NCBI GenBank assembly: GCA_021299385.1
Contig: JAJTGZ010000006.1
Location: 9,926 to 73,925 of the forward strand
DNA from: Phycisphaeraceae bacterium
Lineage (GTDB): Bacteria > Planctomycetota > Phycisphaerae > Phycisphaerales > UBA1924
Direction: 5' to 3'
Length of the DNA: 64,000 bases
The translations under genes were made by a program, and so were the position numbers. How positions within the stretch are numbered: position 1 is the stretch's first letter; each line of letters opens with the position of its first letter. Under the pieces are notes generated by a model that was not told the origin of the DNA, ran no database searches, and was given only the letters and a program-made list of their open reading frames with translations. Below are positions 25,778-34,981 of the stretch, in pieces.

Positions 25778-26302
25778 ATGACTAGTCAATCATTTAACCC
25801 GCGTTGCCCCTGCTGCAAGAGCGATTCTCTGGAAAAATCGACCGAGGCTGTAGATCGCGAGTATGCGTTTGAGGGCCGCAGTGTGGCCGTCTCGCTCCCA
25901 GCCGTGCCGGTGCTTCGGTGCCGGTCGTGCCAAGAGGTCTTGTTCGGGCTCGAGGCGGACGAAGCTCTGACGGCGGAGTTTCGGCGTTTGACAAACCTGC
26001 TGTCGCCGACGCAAATCCGCGCACTCCGCAAGGCACTCGGGTATACCCAGGAAGAGCTCGCGGGCATCATGCGTATCGCAGCCGAGTCGATCTCGCGTTG
26101 GGAACGTGGGCATGTGATCCAGTCGGGGGGGATGGACACCCTTCTGCGGGTGGTCCTGAACGTTTCAGAAGCTCGCCGTGTGCCTGCCCGGCTCAGCCCC
26201 CTTGAGCAGGCGTCATTGACCTACAAAAAAGATTCGACCGGGTGGGCGTCCAAACCGGATGTACTCACCAGCGGCAAACCAGGAATGGCTCGCGCTGCCT
26301 GA
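25778..26302 (+). CDS. MqsA-family antitoxin (N-terminal zinc ribbon plus XRE-type HTH) with a C-terminal extension of about 45 aa
   Basis: 'CPCCK...CRSCQEV' gives CxxC...CxxC. The HTH is 'LSPTQIRALRKALGYTQEELAGIMRIAAESISRWERG'. An extra tail 'RVPARLSPLEQASLTYKKDSTGWASKPDV...' follows. Confidence 0.7.
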   Translation: MTSQSFNPRCPCCKSDSLEKSTEAVDREYAFEGRSVAVSLPAVPVLRCRSCQEVLFGLEADEALTAEFRRLTNLLSPTQIRALRKALGYTQEELAGIMRIAAESISRWERGHVIQSGGMDTLLRVVLNVSEARRVPARLSPLEQASLTYKKDSTGWASKPDVLTSGKPGMARAA

Positions 26303-26309
26303 CGCGAGA

Positions 26310-26849
26310 ATGGAAATGGTAACAAGCAACAAACCCGAGGCCCCTGCTTCACCTGCCGCTGGCGATCCGAGCGTGGTGGCCATGCGTGTAGATGAGATTC
26401 GGTTTATCCGCCTGATCGGCAGCGCATTCGAGTTTCCTCGGCGCCACATGGCCGGGGGTGAGGTGGTCCCGCTGAACATACACGATCACGCCGCTACACA
26501 CCTTGATGGGCGCGATCTTGTTGTACAGATCAAGCTGACCCTACGATTATCAGCGGACGCCGATGCCACGCAGGAGTCTGAGGAATCAGGCGACTTGTTG
26601 CGTATTCGTGGCGAGTTTGAGCTTGCATATCGCTTGTCCGAGGGGGATGCACTATCCGAGGCTGACCTGATGGCATTTGCGCATGTCAATGGTATGATGA
26701 ACGCGGTGCCGTATTGGCGCGAGTTTGTGTCAAGCACACTTGTGCGTGCGGGGCTGCCTTCCTATGAAGTGCCCCCGTTCAACCCATTTAAAATAGCCTC
26801 GGCAATGCGTGCCAAGTCCAAGCCAGCTCAAGAGCCTGCTGCCGATTAG
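26310..26849 (+). CDS. SecB-like chaperone (toxin-antitoxin-associated type)
   Basis: 'LLRIRGEFELAYRLS...LMAFAHVNGMMNAVPYWREFVSSTLVRAGLPSYEVPPFNPFK' parallels SecB '...CPNILFPYARE.I...V.RG.FP.L.L.PVNF'. Start is ATG 26310. Confidence 0.6.
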   Translation: MEMVTSNKPEAPASPAAGDPSVVAMRVDEIRFIRLIGSAFEFPRRHMAGGEVVPLNIHDHAATHLDGRDLVVQIKLTLRLSADADATQESEESGDLLRIRGEFELAYRLSEGDALSEADLMAFAHVNGMMNAVPYWREFVSSTLVRAGLPSYEVPPFNPFKIASAMRAKSKPAQEPAAD

Positions 26850-26858
26850 GAGCCGTGT

Positions 26859-27518
26859 ATGCCCACCTGTGCCATCATCCTCTCGGGCTGCGGCCGGGGG
26901 GATGGGTCGGAGATTCATGAGTCAGTCTCGATCTTGCAGCACGTCTGCCGGCTGGGTGGCACGTACCGGTGCTTTGCGCCGGACAAGGCCCAGCAGGACG
27001 TGATCAACCACCTGACGGGAGAGGCCGAGGGTGGCAGCCGGAACTGTCTGGTAGAGTCGGCACGGATCGCGCGTGGGGAGATTTCGCCGATTGCTTCTTG
27101 CCGGGTTGAAGACTTTGACGCGTTGATGCTGCCGGGCGGGTTTGGTGCGGCCAAGAACTTGTGCACGTTTGCGCGCGATGGGGAGAAGATGGCCGTGGAC
27201 GCGGAGGTGGACCGTCTGGTGCGTGGGTTCCACCGCGCGGGCAAGCCGATCGGGCTGGCGTGCATCGCGCCGGTGATCGCGGCGCGGGTATTGACGGGGG
27301 TTGCCGTTACGCTCGGCGGCGAGGGGGATGCGCCGAACGCCGTGCGCGCGTGGGGGAGTGTGCACCGCGTGGTGGGGGTGCACGAGTGCGTGGTGGATGA
27401 GGGGTTCAAGGTCGCCACGGCCCCGGCATATATGTACGCAGAGGCAAACGCGTGGCAGGTGAGCGTCGGGATCGGGAAGATGGTCGAGCAGGTATTTAGG
27501 CTCTCGGCGCAGGGCTGA
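26859..27518 (+). CDS. elbB: isoprenoid biosynthesis glyoxalase ElbB (DJ-1/PfpI superfamily)
   Basis: 'AIILSGCGRGDGSEIHESV', 'FDALMLPGGFGAAKNL' and 'KPIGLACIAP' are present. Confidence 0.8.
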   Translation: MPTCAIILSGCGRGDGSEIHESVSILQHVCRLGGTYRCFAPDKAQQDVINHLTGEAEGGSRNCLVESARIARGEISPIASCRVEDFDALMLPGGFGAAKNLCTFARDGEKMAVDAEVDRLVRGFHRAGKPIGLACIAPVIAARVLTGVAVTLGGEGDAPNAVRAWGSVHRVVGVHECVVDEGFKVATAPAYMYAEANAWQVSVGIGKMVEQVFRLSAQG

Positions 27519-27867
27519 GGCCCGCACGGCCGCGGCGGCCCAGGTGCCACCCCAGCACCACACCCGCGACCCCGAGCGATGCTGCCCCGATCCCCTGGGT
27601 GAGCTCACGCTGGAAGTACGCACGCCGGGATTGGTCCGTCAGCCACGCCGCGACGTCCTCGGCACGGTTGGGGTTGGACCGAAAGGCCTGCGGCAGCCGT
27701 GGATCGACGCGAGCCTGGTCGATCGCGCCGGAGTTGACGAGGGCGGCATACTTGCCGGCAGCCTCACCGACGGCGGCACGGCCCTGGTTTCCAGCGTTGG
27801 CGAGCATCGCCGAGCCTGTGGCCAGGAGCAGGAGGCCGAGGATGATGAGCAGGCGTGGGACGGTCAT
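27496..27867 (-). CDS. hypothetical small membrane/secreted protein
   Basis: ATG 27867. It has an N-terminal hydrophobic segment 'LLIILGLLLLATGSAML' and a C-terminal hydrophobic segment. I recognise no family. Confidence 0.4.
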   Translation of the reverse strand: MTVPRLLIILGLLLLATGSAMLANAGNQGRAAVGEAAGKYAALVNSGAIDQARVDPRLPQAFRSNPNRAEDVAAWLTDQSRRAYFQRELTQGIGAASLGVAGVVLGWHLGRRGRAGLSPAPRA

Positions 27868-27901
27868 GTGGGTAGGGTAGAGGGAACCAAGGGCTAGCCA
27901 A

Positions 27902-27935
27902 CCCCACCCCTGCCCCTCCCCTCGGGGGAGGGGTT
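27902..27935 (-). repeat. 34-nt hairpin/G-run element (copy 2, reverse orientation)
   Basis: Exact 34-mer (see 5487-5520). Confidence 0.9.
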
Positions 27936-27946
27936 CGCGCAACGAT

Positions 27947-29302
27947 TTAACTGGGCTTCACAGCCGCGCGGCCGATGGAGTAGTACGTGAACCCGTGCTC
28001 GCGCATCTGCGAGGGGCGGTAGAGGTTTCGGCCGTCGAAGATCACGGGGGACTTCATGACTTTGGCGAGCTGGTGATAGTCGGGGCTTTTGAAGTCGTCC
28101 CAGTCGGTGCTGATGACCAGCGCGTCGGCGTCGCGGGCGCAGGCGTATTGGTCGTCGGTGATCTCCACCGCGCTGCCGAGTTCATGCCGGGCGTTCTCGG
28201 CGGCGACGGGGTCGTAGGCCCTGACCTTGGCGCCATAGCCCAGGGCCTTGCGCATGAGCGTGATGGCGGGTGCCTCGCGGATGTCGTCGGTCTTGGGCTT
28301 AAAGGCGATGCCCCAGAAGGCGATGGTCTTACCGGCCAGGCCCCCGGGTGCGGTCTTGGCGGAGAAGTGGCCCATGACTTTGTCGAAGAAGCGGTCGCGT
28401 TGGCGTTGGTTGGTCTCGTGCACGGCCTTGCTGACGAGGGTCGGTATGCCGGTCTTTTCACCCATCATGATGCAGGCGAGGGTGTCCTTGGGGAAGCACG
28501 AGCCGCCGTAGCCCAGGCCGGGGTAGAGGAACTGGTTGCCGATGCGTTTATCCGAGCACATCCCCTCGCGGACGCGGGCGATATCGGCGCCGTGGGCCTC
28601 GCAGAGGTTGGCCATCTCGTTGATAAAGGAGATTTTGGTCGCCAGGAAGTTGTTGCTGGCGTACTTGACCATCTCGCTAGAGAGAATGTCGATGACAAAG
28701 ATGGGGTGCCCGTTGCGGACGAAGGGGTCGTAGAGCTCGCGCATGCGGTCGCCGACGGCGTCGTGCTCGACGCCGCAGACGACGCGGTCGGGCTTGTTGA
28801 AGTCGTCGATGGCGGCGCCTTCTTTGAGGAACTCGGGGTTGTTGGCAACCTCAAACGGGATGGCGGGGCCGACCTTGGCGCGGATGCGGTCGCGGACCAT
28901 AAGCGTGGTGCCGACGGGGACGGTGCTCTTGACGACGATGACCTTGGGGCGTTGCTTGGGGCCGAGTTTGATCAGCGCGTCGGCGATGGCGTCGGCGGCG
29001 GAGTGGATGTACTTCAGGTCGGTGTGCCCGCGCTCATCGCTGGGGGTCCCGACGCAGATGAAGATCATGTCGGCGTGCTCGTGGGCCTCCCAGGCGTCGG
29101 TGGTAAAGAGCAGCCGTTTGGCGGCGATGTTGTGGGCCATCAGTTCGTCAAGCCCCGGCTCGTAGATCGGGCTGGTCCCTTGGCGGAGTTTGGCGACCTT
29201 GGCCGGGTCGATGTCCAGGCACGTAACCGTGTTGCCGGTGTTGGCTAGACAGACACCCGTAACGAGGCCGACGTAACCAGTACCGACCATGCTCAGACGC
29301 AT
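27947..29302 (-). CDS. ugd: UDP-glucose 6-dehydrogenase
   Basis: 'MVGTGYVGLVTGVCLA', 'GGSCFPKD' and 'AFKPKTDDIREAPA' are present. Start is ATG 29302. Confidence 0.9.
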   Translation of the reverse strand: MRLSMVGTGYVGLVTGVCLANTGNTVTCLDIDPAKVAKLRQGTSPIYEPGLDELMAHNIAAKRLLFTTDAWEAHEHADMIFICVGTPSDERGHTDLKYIHSAADAIADALIKLGPKQRPKVIVVKSTVPVGTTLMVRDRIRAKVGPAIPFEVANNPEFLKEGAAIDDFNKPDRVVCGVEHDAVGDRMRELYDPFVRNGHPIFVIDILSSEMVKYASNNFLATKISFINEMANLCEAHGADIARVREGMCSDKRIGNQFLYPGLGYGGSCFPKDTLACIMMGEKTGIPTLVSKAVHETNQRQRDRFFDKVMGHFSAKTAPGGLAGKTIAFWGIAFKPKTDDIREAPAITLMRKALGYGAKVRAYDPVAAENARHELGSAVEITDDQYACARDADALVISTDWDDFKSPDYHQLAKVMKSPVIFDGRNLYRPSQMREHGFTYYSIGRAAVKPS

Positions 29303-29391
29303 CAACTGCTCCTTGGCTCGCTTTTGGACGTGCCCGGCGGGGTATCGGCCCGCGTGGGGGAAAACTATAGAGCCTGGGCGAGGCCCCCGGT

Positions 29392-30105
29392 TCAGCGGGC
29401 GATCTGGCGGGCCAAAGCCCCCAGCCGGGCCAGGGCTTCGGGGAGTTTCCAGACCTGCCCGGCACGCCGGCCTGTGGTGTTGCTGATGACGCGGAGCTCG
29501 GCAAAGGCCAGGGCGTGGCGAACGGCGACCAAGGCGACCGCGGCCCCCTCCATACCCTCGGCTGTTGCGTTGGTGCGTTGGACGACCTGCCTGGCAGCCT
29601 CGTCGGTCCCTGAGCATGTCGAGAGCGTGGCGATCGGGGCAGGGGGGTGCGGGCACAGGCACGCGAGCGCACGCCCCCACGCCGGGGTTATGGGCAACCC
29701 GAGGGACCCATCGGGGAACGGCCCGAACCCAGCGGCGGCAAAGGTCTCAAACCCATTGGGGGTGAGCACGCCCTCGTCGGCAAAGATGCTTGTGCTGGCG
29801 AGGGCGACAGAGCCGAGCAGGTGCACACCGCCTGGGACCAGGGTTCCGGCGATGCCCAAACTGAGCACCCCGGCGTAGACGCCCGCTCGCGCTCCGAGGA
29901 CGCTCGCCACACCACCGGCGGCGGCGGCCTTGCCCACGCCGGTGATGACGAGGTCCACGCCGGGCGCGAGCGCGACAGCCTGCCACGGGGCAACCCCCCC
30001 ACTCTCAACGCCGAACCCGCCCAGCACGGCCTGGGCCTCGTTCATCGCGGCCACGGCGATGAGCAGTTTGCGATCGCCGACGAGTTCTTGCAAGAGGCCA
30101 CTCAT
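29392..30105 (-). CDS. mqnB: futalosine hydrolase-like nucleosidase (PNP/UDP_1 family)
   Basis: 'DLVITGVGKAAAAGGVA', 'LSLGIAG' and 'EGMEGAAVALVAVRHALAFAELRVISN' are present. mqnA lies in the same window. Confidence 0.65.
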   Translation of the reverse strand: MSGLLQELVGDRKLLIAVAAMNEAQAVLGGFGVESGGVAPWQAVALAPGVDLVITGVGKAAAAGGVASVLGARAGVYAGVLSLGIAGTLVPGGVHLLGSVALASTSIFADEGVLTPNGFETFAAAGFGPFPDGSLGLPITPAWGRALACLCPHPPAPIATLSTCSGTDEAARQVVQRTNATAEGMEGAAVALVAVRHALAFAELRVISNTTGRRAGQVWKLPEALARLGALARQIAR

Positions 30106-31034
30106 GCCGGGGCCGATTTCTGGGTTGTGTTACCGGCAGCACCGGCATCTAGTTTGATCAGGCCAGCATCGTCCAGTTCCACCAAGCTGCGGGGCTTGGT
30201 CGTCAGCGTCGCGCCCGCGTCTTTCAACTCCTTGGCAAGTTCCAAGCGGAGGGCTTCGATGCGCTCGGCCAGGTACTCCAGCCCGGCGTCGGGCTTCATC
30301 GCCGAGAGTGTGGCACGGGGGATCACCTGCCCGACCTTGACGCGGATCGGCATACCAACCCTGGGCGTCGATCGCCCGCGCGGGAAGGCGTCGAACGTTC
30401 CCTCGACTGCCACCGGCAGCACGTCGCACTCGGTGCGTGCAAAGACCAGCCAGGCGCCGCGCTTGAACGGGTGCATCGCACCGTCGGGCGAGCGTGAGCC
30501 TTCGGGGAAGATCAGGACGGCCGAGCCGCCGGTGAGGCGGTCGATCGCCGCGCGGATCGCGGCGGTGTCGGGCGCGCCCTGCTTGATCGGGACGCAGTTG
30601 ACCCCGCGGAAGATGAAACTGGCGATCGGGTTCTTGAACAGATCGGCCTTGGCGATATAGACCAGATGCCGGCAGCGTATCGCCAAGCCCACGGCGAAGG
30701 GGTCCAGGTTCGACAGGTGGTTGCTGACGACCAGCAACGACCCCTTGGGCGGGACGTTGGCCGAGCCGAGGGCTTTGTAGCGGAAGAACAGGCCGTAGAG
30801 GAGGCGCGCCAGCGCCCACCCTGCCTCGTAAAAGAGCAGGCCGAAGAGACCCCGGCCAGGATCGCGGTCGCGTAGCGGAGTCGGCACGGAGGAATGTAGG
30901 GAAGATGGGAGCGGGCCGGCGAGCGGGGCCGGGCGGGGGGAATGGGTGGTGTGGGTTGGTGGTGGCGTCTTTTGCGGGCCCGCTGCCGGGCGTGCCGATA
31001 CGGGCTGGACTATGGCGCGAATCTCCTCGACCAA
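30102..31034 (-). CDS. plsC: 1-acyl-sn-glycerol-3-phosphate acyltransferase
   Basis: 'VVSNHLSNLDP' (HX4D-type) and 'IFPEGSRSPDG' are present. The start is unresolved: the TTG at 31034 would overlap the ftsK 5' end, and there is no internal ATG near the N-terminus. Confidence 0.75.
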   Translation of the reverse strand: MVEEIRAIVQPVSARPAAGPQKTPPPTHTTHSPRPAPLAGPLPSSLHSSVPTPLRDRDPGRGLFGLLFYEAGWALARLLYGLFFRYKALGSANVPPKGSLLVVSNHLSNLDPFAVGLAIRCRHLVYIAKADLFKNPIASFIFRGVNCVPIKQGAPDTAAIRAAIDRLTGGSAVLIFPEGSRSPDGAMHPFKRGAWLVFARTECDVLPVAVEGTFDAFPRGRSTPRVGMPIRVKVGQVIPRATLSAMKPDAGLEYLAERIEALRLELAKELKDAGATLTTKPRSLVELDDAGLIKLDAGAAGNTTQKSAPA

Positions 31035-33741
31035 GTCCCTTGGCGACGGTCATGTCTTTGGCACCACGTTGACGCGGGATACCCGGACGGGTGTGGGGAC
31101 GTACCTGACGTGGTTTGTGCAGGTTGGGGCGTTGGTCTTTCTGGCCTGTGCGCTCTTCTCGTTTGACGCCGGGGACTGGCCGGGGGCGTCGGTCTACCCG
31201 CACAACGACCCGGCGCGCAACTGGTGCGGCGTCGCGGGTGCCGTGCCGGCTTACTTCCTGCTTTCGCTGCTCGGGGCGGGGGCATGGGTGCTTGTGATGC
31301 TGTGGGGGTTGTACCTCTTTGTAACGGGGTTTGTGGCCCGTGTGGGGCACCCGGTGGTGCGGGGGCTCGGTGGGGTGCTCATCGCCGCGGGCGTGGCGGG
31401 TGTGCAGGCGCTGCACTGGCCGCAGAGCGGGGCGATCGCGGGGCTGGGTGGGGGGAGCCTGGGGACGGTCGTGGCGGGAATCTTGCGCGACAACTTCAGC
31501 ACCCTCGGCAGCACGTTCATCTTGCTGCTGGTGGTGCTTGTTGGTGCGGTGGTGGCGCTAGACGTGTGGGTGATCATCGCGCCGGCGTGGGCAGCCCGGC
31601 AGGTGGTTCGGGCCGGGCCGCCGCTGGTGCGGGCAACGAGCGCGACGGCGGCGGGGACGGTCGGGGTTTCCAGGCGTTTGCAAGGGTTGGCCGGGGACAT
31701 CTTTGCGGGCCTTGGCAGGGCCAAGCCGGGGTACGACCAAACGCTCGATGCCCTCGGCGGGGAGGATGAGGACAAACCCGTCAGCGAGGTGGAGGCAAAG
31801 AAGAAGCGTGCCAAGAAGGAGAAGGCCGGGCCTGTGGAGGTCATCGACGAGAACGCAGGGGGGATTGGGGGGACGCAGGCGTTCGACCCGCAGGAGCACA
31901 CCGAGGTCGTGGCCGGGGCCGGGGCCGGGGCCGAGGTCGAGGTCGAGGATGACGCGGAAGATGAAGAATCAGAACCGACCAACGGCAAGAAGGGTTGGAC
32001 GCCCGAAGAGTTGCGTGCCAAGATCGCCCGGCTGCCGCTGCAGATGGCCGGCACCACCAGCAAGAGCGCGACGCAGGAAGACCTGCGCGACATCCAGAGC
32101 ATGGGAGACCTGGAGGGGTACAAGTTCCCGGGGCTGGACCAGCTCGAGGAGCCGGAGGCGAACTTCAGCCAGACGATGGAGGCGTACGTCCGTGAGCAGG
32201 CGGGCGCGCTCGAGCGTGCGCTGAAGGAATACCGGATCGACGGGGAGGTGGTCGGCATCCAGTCCGGGCCGGTGATTACGAACTATGAAATCCGCCTTGC
32301 GCCGGGGACGAAGGTCTCGGCGTTGACGGGGGTGGCCAGCGACCTGGCCCGGTCGCTCAAGGCCGTCAACGTGCGGATCGTCAGCAACACCGCCGGGCGC
32401 GACACGGTGGGCGTGGAGGTGCCCAACGCGCACAAGGAGAAGGTTCGCCTCAAGGAGCTCATGGGCAAGAGCGCGGTCTACTCGAGCATGACGCTGCCGA
32501 TGTTCCTGGGCAAGGACGCCAGCGGCGAGCCGTTGATCCAGGACCTGGCCAAGATGCCGCACATGCTCATCGCGGGCACCACCGGCTCGGGCAAGTCGGT
32601 CTGCATGAGCAGCATCCTGATGAGTTTCCTCTACACCAAGAAGCCCAACGAGCTGAAGCTGGTGCTTGTGGACCCCAAGATGGTCGAGCTCTCGCAGTTC
32701 AAGGACATCCCGCACCTGATGTGCCCTGTGGTTACAGAAATGGGCAAGGCGGCGGCGATCCTCGAGTGGGCCGTGCGCAAGATGGACGAACGGTACGAAC
32801 TGCTGGCCGAGGCGGGCGTCAACGCAATCGCGTCGTACAACGCCCTGTCGTGGGAGGAACTCCGCGAGCGCTTCAACCCGGCAGACGAGGCCGAGGCGGC
32901 ACGCATCCCCAAGAAACTGCCGTACATGGTCTTTGTCATTGACGAACTGGCCGACCTGATGATGACGAACAAGGAGGTAGAAACCTCGATCATCCGCCTG
33001 GCACAAAAAGCCCGCGCGGTCGGGATGCACCTGATCCTGGCGACGCAGCGGCCGCAGGCGAACGTTGTTACGGGGCTGATCAAGTCGAACATGCCCAGCC
33101 GGATTGCCTTCAAGGTCTCCAGCGGGATGGACTCGCGGATCGTGATGGACCAGAAGGGCGCCGAGCTGCTGCTGGGGCAGGGGGACATGCTTTTCCTGTC
33201 GCCACGGTCGAGCGAGCTGACGCGTGCGCAGGGGACGCTGGTGGACGACAAGGAGATCAGGCGGGTCGTCAAGTTCCTGCGCGAGATCGCCCAGCCGAGT
33301 TACGAGCGTTCGCTGATGCAGATCAAGACAGGGGCCGCGGCAGGGACCGTCGCCGACGACACCGACGAGGCACCGGCGGACCCGAACGCGGTCAACAACG
33401 GGTACGCCGTGGCCCAGCAGGACGACCTCTTTGAGAAGGCCGTGGACGTGGTGATGGAGACCAAGGTCGGCAGCGTCTCGATGCTGCAGCGTCGCCTGGC
33501 GATCGGGTACACGCGCTCGGCACGCCTGATCGAACTGATGGGGCACGTGGGCATCCTGGGCGCACACAAGGGGACGCAGGCGCGCGAGGTCGTCATGGGC
33601 GAAGAAGAATGGCAGGCGATGAAGGCCCAGATGGCCGCCGACCGCGAGGCGGGCACGAGCACGAGCGTCCCCTTCGAGGCGAACGTCGCGGGCGAGGGGG
33701 CCAAGGTGCCGGTGGACGATGATGAAGCAAGGCTCGGGTGA
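31012..33741 (+). CDS. ftsK: DNA translocase FtsK
   Basis: It has N-terminal TM helices and an acidic linker. 'LIAGTTGSGKSVCMSSI', 'VFVIDELADLMM' and the gamma domain 'VSMLQRRLAIGYTRSARLIELM' are present. Start is ATG 31012. Confidence 0.9.
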   Translation: MARISSTKSLGDGHVFGTTLTRDTRTGVGTYLTWFVQVGALVFLACALFSFDAGDWPGASVYPHNDPARNWCGVAGAVPAYFLLSLLGAGAWVLVMLWGLYLFVTGFVARVGHPVVRGLGGVLIAAGVAGVQALHWPQSGAIAGLGGGSLGTVVAGILRDNFSTLGSTFILLLVVLVGAVVALDVWVIIAPAWAARQVVRAGPPLVRATSATAAGTVGVSRRLQGLAGDIFAGLGRAKPGYDQTLDALGGEDEDKPVSEVEAKKKRAKKEKAGPVEVIDENAGGIGGTQAFDPQEHTEVVAGAGAGAEVEVEDDAEDEESEPTNGKKGWTPEELRAKIARLPLQMAGTTSKSATQEDLRDIQSMGDLEGYKFPGLDQLEEPEANFSQTMEAYVREQAGALERALKEYRIDGEVVGIQSGPVITNYEIRLAPGTKVSALTGVASDLARSLKAVNVRIVSNTAGRDTVGVEVPNAHKEKVRLKELMGKSAVYSSMTLPMFLGKDASGEPLIQDLAKMPHMLIAGTTGSGKSVCMSSILMSFLYTKKPNELKLVLVDPKMVELSQFKDIPHLMCPVVTEMGKAAAILEWAVRKMDERYELLAEAGVNAIASYNALSWEELRERFNPADEAEAARIPKKLPYMVFVIDELADLMMTNKEVETSIIRLAQKARAVGMHLILATQRPQANVVTGLIKSNMPSRIAFKVSSGMDSRIVMDQKGAELLLGQGDMLFLSPRSSELTRAQGTLVDDKEIRRVVKFLREIAQPSYERSLMQIKTGAAAGTVADDTDEAPADPNAVNNGYAVAQQDDLFEKAVDVVMETKVGSVSMLQRRLAIGYTRSARLIELMGHVGILGAHKGTQAREVVMGEEEWQAMKAQMAADREAGTSTSVPFEANVAGEGAKVPVDDDEARLG

Positions 33742-34568
33742 AAGCCAAAGGCCAGCCCACCCCGATCGGCATCGACCTGCACCACGCCGACTGGCTGGAC
33801 GCGGTGGCCACGCTCGCGCCGGCGTCGATCGACCTGCTCTACGCCGACTTACCCTTCGCCACAGGCAGCACCAAGCGCACGCCCCCTAACGCCAAGCGTG
33901 CCGGGCGCACCGTCAACGCCAGTTACGCCGACACCTTCGCCGGCAGCGATGGGTTCATCGGCTGGCTGCGTCCGCGCCTGCTGGCCACCCTCCCGGCACT
34001 GCGCCCCACCGCCTGCATCCTCCTGCACCTGGACTGGCGCACTTGCCACCACGCACGCCTGCTGCTCGACGACCTGCTCGGCCCGGCGTGCTTTGTCAAC
34101 CACCTCATCTGGTCCTATGGCCTCGGCGGCAGCTCCCCCCGCCGCTTCGCCCGCAAGCATGACGACATCCTCTTCTACGCCCGCACCCCGGGCAAGCACT
34201 ACTTTGACCCCCCACGCGTGCCAACCACCAGCAACCTCCTGCGTGGCAAGAGCAAGAAAATGACCGATGTGCTGGCCATCGCATCGATCAACAACATGGC
34301 CCGCGAACGGACCGGCTACCCGACACAAAAACCACTCGCGCTCCTCGACGTGCTCGTGCGTGCCTGCTCGCCGACGGGGGGGACCGTGCTGGACCCTTGC
34401 TGCGGCAGCGGGACGACGCTGGTCGCCGCCACGCTCGCGGGGCGGAAGGGCATCGGCATCGACCGGAGTGCTCAAGCGATTGCCGTGGCCCGCAAGCGGA
34501 TCAGGGAGGCCCGCCCCGCCAGCACCACCGGGGTGCCCAAGCGTGGCAAGCAACCGGGCCGGGCCTAA
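33738..34568 (+). CDS. DNA methyltransferase, N4/N6 type (beta-class motif order)
   Basis: Motif IV-like 'IDLLYADLPFA' precedes motif I 'VLDPCCGSGTTLVAA'. There is a 4-nt overlap with the ftsK stop, and no nuclease gene is adjacent. Confidence 0.75.
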   Translation: MKAKGQPTPIGIDLHHADWLDAVATLAPASIDLLYADLPFATGSTKRTPPNAKRAGRTVNASYADTFAGSDGFIGWLRPRLLATLPALRPTACILLHLDWRTCHHARLLLDDLLGPACFVNHLIWSYGLGGSSPRRFARKHDDILFYARTPGKHYFDPPRVPTTSNLLRGKSKKMTDVLAIASINNMARERTGYPTQKPLALLDVLVRACSPTGGTVLDPCCGSGTTLVAATLAGRKGIGIDRSAQAIAVARKRIREARPASTTGVPKRGKQPGRA

Positions 34569-34632
34569 TATCCGTTGCCGGGTGTACGTCCTGCGTTTGC
34601 AGAGCCCAAGCCGCTTTTTTACGGAGTTTTCC

Positions 34633-34968
34633 ATGGCCAGCGCCAATGTTCACGAGTTTACCGAGAGCAACTTTTCCGCCGAGGTCCTCAACAGCGACAA
34701 GCCCGTGCTGGTGGATTTCTGGGCCGAGTGGTGCATGCCCTGCCGGATGCTCACGCCCACGATCGAGAAGATCGCCGAGTCGTTTGTCGGCAAGGCGAAG
34801 GTCGGCAAAGTGAACACCGACGACAGCCGGGAAATCTCCGTTAAATACGGGATCAACGCCATCCCCACCGTGATCCTGTTCAACAAGGGCCAGGTGGTGC
34901 AGAAGTTCACGGGCCTGCAGCAAGAGGCCGTGTACGCCGGGGCACTCACGTCGCTGACGGGCAAGTGA
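34633..34968 (+). CDS. trxA: thioredoxin
   Basis: 'VLVDFWAEWCMPCRMLTP', 'KVNTDD' and 'GINAIPTVILF' are present. The active site reads CMPC rather than CGPC. Confidence 0.85.
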   Translation: MASANVHEFTESNFSAEVLNSDKPVLVDFWAEWCMPCRMLTPTIEKIAESFVGKAKVGKVNTDDSREISVKYGINAIPTVILFNKGQVVQKFTGLQQEAVYAGALTSLTGK

Positions 34969-34981
34969 TCGGCCAGGTCGC

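Noticed and set aside
31012-31034. Overlap of the divergent plsC and ftsK 5' ends as a regulatory feature
   Set aside because: The overlap depends entirely on accepting the TTG at 31034 as the plsC start. The true plsC start is probably an internal non-ATG codon, so the overlap is likely an ORF-calling artefact.
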